Shown here in pieces: positions 1 to 8,275 of a stretch of DNA of 32,000 nt. Made by a program: the position numbers and the translations under genes. Positions within the stretch are counted from its first letter, which is position 1; each line of letters starts with the position of its first letter. The notes below the pieces were generated by a model. The model worked only from the letters and a program-made list of their open reading frames with translations, did no database searches and was not told the origin of the DNA. This DNA comes from Methylorubrum extorquens. Its GTDB lineage: Bacteria; Pseudomonadota; Alphaproteobacteria; Rhizobiales; Beijerinckiaceae. The stretch covers positions 150,001-182,000 of the forward strand of contig LT962688.1 in assembly GCA_900234795.1 (NCBI GenBank), given 5' to 3'.

Positions 1-76
1 TGTCGAGATTCGGCCGGGCGAGAAAGATTCGGACAGGATCGCGGCCTTCGTCGCCGCCGCCCGTCGCAGAGCCTGA
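1..76 (+). CDS. trpF: 3' end of a phosphoribosylanthranilate isomerase (TrpF-like) gene, partial
   Basis: The frame ending at TGA 74-76 reads ...[24 protein letters not shown]. This resembles the conserved TrpF C-terminal VE-x-x-PG-x-KD motif. It lies directly upstream of trpB, as in trpFBA operons. Confidence 0.5.
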   Translation, partial: VEIRPGEKDSDRIAAFVAAARRRA

Positions 77-99
77 GCATCGCGGGGATTGCCCAGCGG

Positions 100-1440
<1,341 letters not shown>

Positions 1441-1475
1441 GGGGGGAGAACCTGCGCGGGGGCCGCAACAGACCG

Positions 1476-1505
1476 TTGACACCCTCGCGCGCTTCTCCCT
1501 ATATC
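1476..1505 (+). promoter_or_regulatory. candidate sigma70-type promoter for the tRNA gene
   Basis: TTGACA at 1476-1481, a 17-18 nt spacer, then CTATAT/TATATC at 1499-1505, about 40 nt upstream of the tRNA 5' end. Confidence 0.4.
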
Positions 1506-1544
1506 CCGCCCATCGGACGCCGCGTCAGCGCCGTCCGTGACAGT

Positions 1545-1622
1545 GGCGGGGTAGCTCAGCTGGTTAGAGCAGAGGAATCATAATCCTTGTGTCGGGGGTT
1601 CAAATCCCTCCCCTCGCTACCA
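1545..1622 (+). tRNA. tRNA with CAT anticodon (elongator Met, or Ile2 if lysidine-modified), encoded CCA end
   Basis: Hand-folded cloverleaf: acceptor GGCGGGG/CCTCGCT, D arm GCTC-AGCTGGTTA-GAGC, anticodon arm GAGGA-ATCATAA-TCCTT, variable loop GTGTC, T arm GGGGG-TTCAAAT-CCCTC, discriminator A plus CCA. There is one extra C at the junction of the T stem and the acceptor stem (78 nt rather than 77). Confidence 0.85.
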
Positions 1623-1649
1623 ATTCTTCAAGTCATAAACCGTTGTAAA

Positions 1650-2771
1650 CTATACAATTTCCTGAGAAGCCGGAGAAGGCTCAGTCTCAGGGTTTGACGC
1701 TTTTCTCGCCGGTTTGTCAGACGGCTTGATGCGTCGCTCGAACTCCTCGTCCAGCGTGTTGACGACCTTTCGCATCTTAGGCGCGAGGTCTGCGCCCTTG
1801 GCGTAGTGCCGGGCCATCTCAATGGTTCGCTGCCCGAGTGCGTCGGCGATAGCCCGTTCGTCGTGTCCGATCTCACGCAGGATGACCGCCAGGGTGTGTC
1901 GCAGGCCGTAGGGTGTGAGTCCGCTCTGGACCCTGCCTGCCTTCTCCAGCTTGATCCGCACCGTGCGCCAGGACGCGCGGAAACCGCTCAGCGTCCACGG
2001 CTTGCCATCGGAGTTGGCGCATAGCGTTTCGGCGTCGTGCTCTGGCGCGGCGGCCAGGATCATCCGCAAGGGGAAGGGAACCGGCCAGAACACGCGCTCG
2101 CCCGTCTTTGATCGGCTCGTGGAAATCTCGCCGTCCTTGTACTGATCCTTCTTCAGCGTCAGGGCGTCCTTCGGACCGAGCCCGGTGAACATCATCAGCG
2201 CCATCGCGACTTTGATGTGCGGCGGGGCATGTTCCAGCACAGCTTCACGCTCGGTGTCCGTCCATGGCCGGTTGCGGTCGGGAGTGCCGCGCTTCTTGCG
2301 CAGATCCTTGATGCCGCTTGCGGTGTTGGTCTCCATGTAGCCGCGCTCGGAACCCCACGAGAACAGCAGGGACAGCACGGCCTTCACGTAGTTGGCGAAG
2401 CGGCGCCCCTTTGTCTCGGCTGCCTTGTCCCGCAGCTTGACGACGAACTCGCGCTTGAACCGGGCGAGGTGCGTTCCGTCGATGTCCTTCAGGTAGTCAA
2501 AGACCTTTTGGTAGTCGGCGCGGGTCTGCGGAGCCAGGTCGGTGAACGCGGCATGCTGCCGGTAGTCGGCGATCAACAGGCCAAGCGTGCCCGGCTGCAA
2601 TGCCTTCGGCTCCTGCTTCGCGCCGATCCGCGCCACCTCGGCGAAAAACTCCGAAGTGCCGAGCGGCGTGCGCTTCAGGTCGATCTTCTCACCGGTCTTC
2701 CGATGGTAGCACCTCTGATGCCCGAACCGGTCGGCGAAGATCTTGAAACCTTTGACACGGATGCGCGTCAT
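1650..2771 (-). CDS. int: tyrosine recombinase / phage integrase
   Basis: 373 aa. The C-terminal catalytic region has ...YGLRHTLAVILRE...IEMARHYAKGAD (R-H-R-Y type signature). It is adjacent to the tRNA 3' end. Its ATG overlaps the stop of the upstream xis-like gene (ATGA at 2768-2771). Confidence 0.9.
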   Translation of the reverse strand: MTRIRVKGFKIFADRFGHQRCYHRKTGEKIDLKRTPLGTSEFFAEVARIGAKQEPKALQPGTLGLLIADYRQHAAFTDLAPQTRADYQKVFDYLKDIDGTHLARFKREFVVKLRDKAAETKGRRFANYVKAVLSLLFSWGSERGYMETNTASGIKDLRKKRGTPDRNRPWTDTEREAVLEHAPPHIKVAMALMMFTGLGPKDALTLKKDQYKDGEISTSRSKTGERVFWPVPFPLRMILAAAPEHDAETLCANSDGKPWTLSGFRASWRTVRIKLEKAGRVQSGLTPYGLRHTLAVILREIGHDERAIADALGQRTIEMARHYAKGADLAPKMRKVVNTLDEEFERRIKPSDKPARKASNPETEPSPASQEIV

Positions 2772-3043
2772 CCGAGCCTCGCCAAGATATCGCCGTCGCT
2801 CTCCTGATCCGGAGTGCTGCCCTTCAGCCCCTCGATCCAGGCATCAAGGTCGCGCCGGTCGTACCGCTTCACTGACTCGCCGGGGAAGATGATCGGCCGA
2901 ACGTTGCAGATGCGGTCGAAGGTGGCCCGAGGCATGCTGCAATAGGCAGCCGCCTGCGAATGCGCGAGAAGCCGGCTCGCTGGCAGCGGCAACGCCCGAT
3001 CGCGCGGGTTGAGACCGATACGTCCGCCCCTCTCCCTAGGCAC
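2768..3043 (-). CDS. xis: excisionase/AlpA-like small DNA-binding protein
   Basis: 91 aa, GTG start. It has an HTH-like stretch (AAAYCSMPRATFDRI) and the typical ...YDRRDLDAWI tail of Xis/AlpA-type proteins. It is translationally coupled to int. Confidence 0.6.
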   Translation of the reverse strand: MPRERGGRIGLNPRDRALPLPASRLLAHSQAAAYCSMPRATFDRICNVRPIIFPGESVKRYDRRDLDAWIEGLKGSTPDQESDGDILARLG

Positions 3044-3281
3044 GATCCGTTCTCCCTGTCGTGTTGGAGGCCGAAAGGACAGCTTGTCTCTCCCTTGCGG
3101 CGGCCGCGCGGGCGAGTGAGTTAGTGACCGCTTCCTTCCCGAGCGCAGACAGTGCCTCGTAAGCGTCCTCGAACTCGGCCAGGGCGTTCGAGCACTGCGG
3201 ATCGGCGGCGTGCCAAAGGGCGGCGCGGTAGAACCGCTCCCGAGCCTCGGCGCGAGCGTCAGTCGGTGCAGGCGCAGTCAA
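3036..3281 (-). CDS. hypothetical phage protein
   Basis: 81-aa ORF with an apparent TTG start. Third-position GC looks coding-like, and it is co-oriented and overlapping with its neighbours in the early-left operon. No family recognised. Confidence 0.4.
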   Translation of the reverse strand: MTAPAPTDARAEARERFYRAALWHAADPQCSNALAEFEDAYEALSALGKEAVTNSLARAAAARERQAVLSASNTTGRTDRA

Positions 3282-4131
3282 GGGACTCCTCCTCTTCCGG
3301 CGTGAAGGTCAGGAGGTCGCCCTGCGACTGCGACAGGCGCAGCATCTCGGCGTAGGAGGGGCGATCCTTGCGGAAGTAGGCGAAGTCGCCGGGGCGCTTC
3401 GTGCTGTCGAAGCGGGTCTCCTGCTCGATCCACCAGCGGGCCAGATCGGGGCGATCGCGCAGGATGCCCATGATGGTGGCGGCCCCCTTCAGGAAGCAGA
3501 GGTCGCAGTTGCCGAGCGGCGTCTTCCCGCCGACGTTCTCAAGCTGGAGGTCGAACGGCTGGGCGACCCACCACGCGGCCACGTCGCGGCGAGCGACCCC
3601 CACCTCGGCCAGAGGCATGACGGGATGGCCGAAGTTCTTCCCGTCCTTGCCGCTGGCCGCACGGGCGTGCTGTTTGGCGACGCGCTCGGGCTCGTCGGCT
3701 CGCAGTCCAACCACGTTGGCCCAAGTCGCCAACCCGAGGATGTGGCGCGCATACGCCTGAAGCCGCTTGATCTTGCTGTCGATCGTGCAGAACCGCATCA
3801 CCGGATTGGCGAGCATCTTCCGCGTGCCGAGGACGGCCGCCAACGGCTCTCCGTCGCGCGCTGCGCTGTTGTGGCTGACGATCCGGGTCCGGTGCTCGGC
3901 CTCGGCGTCGAACTCCAGCCACGCGATGTAGACGCCCCAGCGCTCCGAGCACTCCTGAACGAAGTCTAGGGTCTCGGGCATCTCCCGGCCGGTGTTGGCG
4001 AAGGCGACATGCACGTCATCCGGCAGCGTGCCGCCGTGCGCGTCGAGGATGTGCTTCAGCATGAAGCCGGACGTGCGCCCGCCGCTGAAGCTGATGAGGG
4101 CCGGGCCCTCGATCCGGTAGGGGTCCGCCAT
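3259..4131 (-). CDS. PAPS reductase / PP-loop ATP-pyrophosphatase family protein (phage type)
   Basis: PP-loop motif ISFSGGRTSGFML near the N-terminus. I trimmed the track ORF (3259..4317) to ATG 4131 (MADPYRIEG...), which overlaps the upstream stop (TGATG at 4129-4133). Confidence 0.75.
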   Translation of the reverse strand: MADPYRIEGPALISFSGGRTSGFMLKHILDAHGGTLPDDVHVAFANTGREMPETLDFVQECSERWGVYIAWLEFDAEAEHRTRIVSHNSAARDGEPLAAVLGTRKMLANPVMRFCTIDSKIKRLQAYARHILGLATWANVVGLRADEPERVAKQHARAASGKDGKNFGHPVMPLAEVGVARRDVAAWWVAQPFDLQLENVGGKTPLGNCDLCFLKGAATIMGILRDRPDLARWWIEQETRFDSTKRPGDFAYFRKDRPSYAEMLRLSQSQGDLLTFTPEEEESLDCACTD

Positions 4132-4490
4132 CACGCCGCCTCCCCTGTCGCAAGAGGGGTTGCCGGGGGCGCGTCGAGGGGCTTCCAGTTCCGGCAAGCG
4201 GGTGCGGAGGCGAGCACGTCGGTTGCCTTGCCGCCGGTCCAGTGCACGCGCATCAGGCCGCACTTCCAGTAGACCTTGGCGAGGCTCTTGCGAACGAGGT
4301 GGCCGCATGAGCCGCACGTCTCGTCGGCAGGCCCGGTGCCGGGCTGTGCCGCGTAGCCCTTGGCCTGCGGGCCGCCTTTGAGGCGCCGCCGCTCGGCCGG
4401 CGTCAGTGCGTGCTCGGCGCGGAAGAGATCATGCTGCGGGTTCAAGCTCCCCGCCCTCTCCCGAAGCTCGGGGGTGATGGCGGGGGTCAT
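4131..4490 (-). CDS. hypothetical Cys-containing phage protein coupled to the PAPS-reductase-like gene
   Basis: 119 aa with a CGSCGH...KCG... cysteine cluster. It shares ATGA/TGATG overlaps with both neighbours. Confidence 0.55.
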   Translation of the reverse strand: MTPAITPELRERAGSLNPQHDLFRAEHALTPAERRRLKGGPQAKGYAAQPGTGPADETCGSCGHLVRKSLAKVYWKCGLMRVHWTGGKATDVLASAPACRNWKPLDAPPATPLATGEAA

Positions 4491-4825
4491 GCGGCAGAAC
4501 CTTTGGTGAGGGCGTCGAAGGCACGGGCGATGAGGCTGCGGGCCGCGGGGCTGCGCGGGTCGGTCTCTCGCGCCTCGGGCGCGGGCCGGCCGCTCTGCTC
4601 GTCGGCCATGAAGCGCATCGTCAGCGAGACCAGGCGCTCAAGATCGGCGAGCGCCGCGGTGTCCTGCTCCGCCACCTCGACGAGGCGATGGGTCTCCGGG
4701 CAGTTGGCCGGGACGCCGATGCTCTGCGCCTCGCGGCGGTAGCGGTTCTGGCGGACGGCCATGTCTTGGATCCGCACCCGGAGGCTTGCGAGCCGGGGCG
4801 CGTCGAAGCCGGGGAGGCTCAGCAT
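4487..4825 (-). CDS. hypothetical phage protein
   Basis: 112-aa ORF in the same-strand overlapping series (ATGCTGA overlap at 4819-4825). No family recognised. Confidence 0.5.
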   Translation of the reverse strand: MLSLPGFDAPRLASLRVRIQDMAVRQNRYRREAQSIGVPANCPETHRLVEVAEQDTAALADLERLVSLTMRFMADEQSGRPAPEARETDPRSPAARSLIARAFDALTKGSAA

Positions 4826-5148
4826 GCGCGGGCCTCCTGAGCGGCCTCGCGGCGCTGACGACGAAGACGGCAGACGGTGGCGGCGATGCAGTTGCGAGTG
4901 GTGCCGAAGCGCTCAGCAAGCTCGGGATAAGGTACCCCCTCGTCCGCCGCCTTCAGCATCCGCGCACGCGCGGCCTCACCTCGACCGCTCGTGCCAGAGC
5001 GGCATCGGACATCGATGTCGCTGACATGAAAAAGGACGGTGCGAGCGGGCCTCCCGAGTTCTTCACCGATGCGGGCGAGAGACCACCCCTGCTTGCGCAG
5101 CTGGCGCATCTGGGCACGCTCAGGACACGAGACAGGCTTCCACTTCAT
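4819..5148 (-). CDS. helix-turn-helix DNA-binding protein
   Basis: 109 aa with two HTH-like segments (QGWSLARIGEELGRPARTV and YPELAERFGTTRNCIAATV). Confidence 0.55.
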   Translation of the reverse strand: MKWKPVSCPERAQMRQLRKQGWSLARIGEELGRPARTVLFHVSDIDVRCRSGTSGRGEAARARMLKAADEGVPYPELAERFGTTRNCIAATVCRLRRQRREAAQEARAC

Positions 5149-5185
5149 GGTCGTCGCTCTGGCTGCGATTGATGGGTCGGGTGGA

Positions 5186-5578
5186 TCAGCGGCGCGTCAC
5201 GCGCCCGTCGAAGCCGCGCTTCAGGCCGGAAGCCTTGGTGCCGGGCATCGGCCGGCCCTTGGCCGTCTTGAAGCCGAGCGAGGCCCGCTTCTGGGCCTTG
5301 GCCTTCGCACCGGTGGCGAGGTCGCCATCGGGGCCTTCGGTCTTCGCCTTGGCGCAGCGCTCGTGGACGATCGCCCGGTTGATCCGGTCGTTGCTGCCGC
5401 CGAGCGAGAGCGGGCGCAGGTGCTCGTCGATCAGCTTCTCGCCACGCAGCATCGGCTGATCGCAGAGGGGGCAGATCCCCTTCTGCTCCTCGTAGAGGGC
5501 GAGCTTCTTTGAGGCGCTGAGCGGCTTGCGCGGGGTGGTGCCGACGTCCTCGAAGGTGACAGTCTCGCAGCGGATCAT
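5186..5578 (-). CDS. HNH endonuclease
   Basis: Trimmed to ATG 5578 (MIRCETV...). HNH-type motif: CPLCDQ...IDEHLRPLSLGGSNDRINRAIVHERCAKAKT. ATGA overlap with the upstream gene at 5575-5578. Confidence 0.8.
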   Translation of the reverse strand: MIRCETVTFEDVGTTPRKPLSASKKLALYEEQKGICPLCDQPMLRGEKLIDEHLRPLSLGGSNDRINRAIVHERCAKAKTEGPDGDLATGAKAKAQKRASLGFKTAKGRPMPGTKASGLKRGFDGRVTRR

Positions 5579-5784
5579 AGCTCGCACGCCTCCTGCGGAG
5601 TGCGGCCGGCGGTCCACCAGCGCTTCACGTATTCCTGCAGGAAGACCTCGCGCTCGCACTTCGGGCAGCCGAGGCTCGTGACCCTGTCCTGGCCCCAGTA
5701 GGTGACGTGGCCCTGCAGGCGCTCGCCATCCGTCATCCGGATCCGATGCTGGCAGTGGGGGCAGGTGATGCTGTCGTCGCTCAC
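5575..5784 (-). CDS. small zinc-ribbon protein
   Basis: 69 aa with CPHC...CPKC pairs. GTG start in a GTGA overlap at 5781-5784. Confidence 0.6.
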   Translation of the reverse strand: MSDDSITCPHCQHRIRMTDGERLQGHVTYWGQDRVTSLGCPKCEREVFLQEYVKRWWTAGRTPQEACEL

Positions 5785-6071
5785 GACCGCTCCCCCATCG
5801 CAGCAAGGGCAGCCTCGACGAGTTCACCGGTGGCGCTCGGCATGGCCGTGTCGGTGTCGGGATCGCGGCAGGCGTCGCGGACGGCGCGGAGCGCCTTGAG
5901 CGCGGGGCCGTGTGCGTTGAGCGCCTGGACGACATCGGCGGCGATCTCGGCGCTGGACATGCCCGCCATCACGCGGGCGCGTAGATCCGTGCCAGCGAAC
6001 TCAATCGCCGTTGAGGAGTCGCCGGGCTGCGCGCTGAAGATCAGCATCAGGGGCGCAGTGTTGTCGGCCAT
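5781..6071 (-). CDS. hypothetical phage protein
   Basis: Trimmed to ATG 6071 (MADNTAPLML...), which overlaps the upstream stop (ATGA-type overlap at 6069-6073). Confidence 0.5.
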   Translation of the reverse strand: MADNTAPLMLIFSAQPGDSSTAIEFAGTDLRARVMAGMSSAEIAADVVQALNAHGPALKALRAVRDACRDPDTDTAMPSATGELVEAALAAMGERS

Positions 6072-6352
6072 CACAGCCATCCATGAGCGCGGGCGCATGC
6101 CACGACAGCCAGCGTGCAGAGGACGGCTATCGAGCCCATGCCGGCAGCGATCGACATGGCGGAGACATCGACGGACGGCGCAGCGGCCGGGCGCGGCGTG
6201 GACATGGCGGGCCTGTTGTCGTTCGAGGTTGAGGGGAGAGCCCGCAGCGGCGGGGCGAGGCGCTGGCACCGGCCGAGGATGAGCAGGGCGCCGGCGACGT
6301 AGAGGGCCAGTGCAATCCCGGCCGCGAGGAGATCCTGGGCCAGGGCGAGCAT
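6071..6352 (-). CDS. small membrane protein
   Basis: 93 aa with hydrophobic segments at both ends (LLAAGIALALYVAGALLIL and IAAGMGSIAVLCTLAVVA). Confidence 0.5.
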   Translation of the reverse strand: MLALAQDLLAAGIALALYVAGALLILGRCQRLAPPLRALPSTSNDNRPAMSTPRPAAAPSVDVSAMSIAAGMGSIAVLCTLAVVACARAHGWL

Positions 6353-6355
6353 GGT

Positions 6356-6859
6356 TCAGGCGCCGGGAGAGACGAAGCCGGCCTCGTGGGAGGCATGCGC
6401 GGGCGCCGCGCTCTTGCCGTAGGGATGCGTGGCGTCGAGGCGGGCGAGTTCGGCGCCGGCGGCGTGGGCGCGGTCGATCAGCGAGCGCTCGGCGGTCTCG
6501 ACCGCATCGGCCCGGCGCATCGCGGTGCGGTTGATGTTCCTGTCGTTCTGTTGGATGCGCTGGCTCTGCGCCTCGGCGAGGTCGGCTTCGCTGGCGTAGG
6601 TGCCAGCCGTGCCGGCGAGCGCATTCCGGCAGGTGGCGCGGAGGGCGATCATCGCCTCCTCCAGGCGCAGCCGCACCATGTTCGCGCTCTGCGATCCGCG
6701 CGGCCCGAGCTGCGCGCTGGTGGCGTCCCCGATGGCGATCTTCCGGACCACGTCGCTGTAGGCCAGCGCCGCGAGATGCAGGTGCTCGACCGCGTCAGCG
6801 AGGTCGAGGGACGAGATGGCAGGCTCGGGCTGGTCGGCCTGGCTGAACGGCGCGCACAT
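6356..6859 (-). CDS. hypothetical phage protein
   Basis: Trimmed to ATG 6859 (MCAPFSQ...), with GAGG 8 nt upstream. No family recognised. Confidence 0.5.
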   Translation of the reverse strand: MCAPFSQADQPEPAISSLDLADAVEHLHLAALAYSDVVRKIAIGDATSAQLGPRGSQSANMVRLRLEEAMIALRATCRNALAGTAGTYASEADLAEAQSQRIQQNDRNINRTAMRRADAVETAERSLIDRAHAAGAELARLDATHPYGKSAAPAHASHEAGFVSPGA

Positions 6860-6920
6860 GGGTGGCCTCGTCGGGCTGGTGTTGCGGGAAGGCGAAGGGG
6901 CGCGCCGAAGCGCGGCAGGC

Positions 6921-7361
6921 TCAGGCGGCGCAATCGTCCAGCGGCAGCGCCGGCGCGAGATCGGCGACCACGGCGGCGCGCTCGGAGGCGGCATCGGCAA
7001 GTCGGTGAATGTGAAGCTCAGAGGCGCCCGACGCCTGAGCCAAGCGGACCCAAGCCACGGCGTCCGCGGCAGTCTCGATGCTGGCGACGTCCAGGGGGGA
7101 AGCGAGGCCGGCCTCGTCGCGGCGCACGGCGATCACGACGGCGGGAGCGGCCTCGATGGCGTCATCCGAACCGACATCGTGGATGCCGACGACGTAGCGC
7201 TGGGCCGAACGGCCGCGCCAAGCGGAAAGGGCAATCGCTGCCGAGCCGCGCAGCCCGGCCATCGTGCGCAGGCGCTCCTCACGGACCTCTGGCGGCGCCG
7301 CACGCTGGCCGCGCATCCGGTCTTTCTCACGGCCCCAGTTCAAGGGTGGCTTGTTGGACAT
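6921..7361 (-). CDS. hypothetical phage protein, first gene of the early-left operon
   Basis: Trimmed to ATG 7361 (MSNKPPLNWG...), with GGAG upstream. It lies immediately downstream of the operator/promoter region at 7393-7434. Confidence 0.5.
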   Translation of the reverse strand: MSNKPPLNWGREKDRMRGQRAAPPEVREERLRTMAGLRGSAAIALSAWRGRSAQRYVVGIHDVGSDDAIEAAPAVVIAVRRDEAGLASPLDVASIETAADAVAWVRLAQASGASELHIHRLADAASERAAVVADLAPALPLDDCAA

Positions 7362-7392
7362 CGTCGGCTCCAGCGCGGGGTGGCGATGGGCG

Positions 7393-7434
7393 ACCATACC
7401 AATTCGGTATTTCCCGTCAATACCAAAATGACAT
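7393..7434 (-). promoter_or_regulatory. early-left (PL-like) promoter with repressor operator dyads
   Basis: Perfect dyad ATACCAATTCGGTAT at 7396-7410 and a degenerate copy ATACCAAAATGACAT at 7420-7434. On the minus strand: TTGACG (complement of 7415-7420), 16 nt, TATGGT (complement of 7393-7398). The dyad overlaps the spacer and the -10 element. Confidence 0.55.
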
Positions 7435-7459
7435 TGTGCCGATACCGATCCAGGGGCCA

Positions 7460-7486
7460 TGTCCTGACTTGTCCACGCCTGTCCAC
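7460..7486. repeat. three TGTCC(AC) direct repeats at 10-bp phasing
   Basis: TGTCC starts at 7460, 7470 and 7480 (TGTCCtgact TGTCCacgcc TGTCCac), in the intergenic region between the early-left promoter and the plus-strand gene at 7578. Confidence 0.6.
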
Positions 7487-7577
7487 AGGCCGTGAAATTC
7501 TTCCGCCAACGCGCTCGACAACCCTACGTCACCGCTCCACCATAGAACGAAAGGTGAACATGCCAGAAGGTCTATAG

Positions 7578-7832
7578 GTGGGAACAAGGCATGGGCACAA
7601 CGAAACGCACTTGGCGGACCTCGCCGCCTTATCGGCGACCTGCGACGACTGCGGCCGTCGGAACTGGTGGGCGCGGTGGCATCTGGACGAGGCAGAGAGT
7701 GCTGGTCTCGGGACGGTCTCAGCCCTCGGGAGCAAGCTTCGATGCATCTACTGCGCTGAGCGTGGCGGCGGAGGCCGAAACCTCAACCTACGTGCTGTCC
7801 TTCGAGAGGATATGGATCATGTCGAGGAATGA
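7578..7832 (+). CDS. small Cys-rich (zinc-ribbon-like) protein
   Basis: 84 aa, GTG start, with CDDC...CIYC pairs. This frame reads more protein-like than the alternative ATG 7591 frame. The start is uncertain. Confidence 0.4.
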   Translation: MGTRHGHNETHLADLAALSATCDDCGRRNWWARWHLDEAESAGLGTVSALGSKLRCIYCAERGGGGRNLNLRAVLREDMDHVEE

Positions 7833-8076
7833 GCGGTACGGCGCCATGACCTTCGTGCGCGATCGGTTCGGGCAGCTCCGCGAGGGGCGCGTCTACCCGT
7901 GCAGCGATGGTGAGGTCGCGAAGAAGGTCGCGGAGGATCGCGTCGAAAAGGGATGGGCGCCGGGCGCGGCCGCCTTCCTGCGTCGTGGTGGCGGCGAGTT
8001 CGACGAGGGAGAGACGATCACCCTCGCGGCGTTCGGAGAGGTGCCACGCGAGGTGCGGGACCAGATGCCGTTTTAG
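7819..8076 (+). CDS. hypothetical small protein
   Basis: Internal ATG 7819 (MSRNERYGAMTFVRDRFGQL...) of track ORF 7591..8076. The upstream part of that ORF is Arg/Gly-rich and overlaps the 7578 frame. Confidence 0.45.
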   Translation: MSRNERYGAMTFVRDRFGQLREGRVYPCSDGEVAKKVAEDRVEKGWAPGAAAFLRRGGGEFDEGETITLAAFGEVPREVRDQMPF

Positions 8077-8275
8077 TGGTCTGCGAGCAACTATGGGGTG
8101 GCATCTCAGTTTCTTCGAGGCAGCCCAAAAATTCGCAGGTTGACCCAAGGAGATGCTGGTCAATAATTGCGGTCGGTAGGCCCGCTGGGTAGCTCGGTCG
8201 CAACCGCGGCAACCGGTCGGACGTCAGCTCGTTGGATGGCTGGCTCTACGCCTTCCGGAACACGGGTCCGGGGGC

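Noticed and set aside
6386-7577. Plus-strand ORFs 6386..7495 (369 aa) and 6816..7577 (253 aa)
   Set aside because: They are antisense to the early-left operon genes. Their translations are dominated by Arg/Gly/Ala/Pro runs (for example RRRGRGRS), with no start context.
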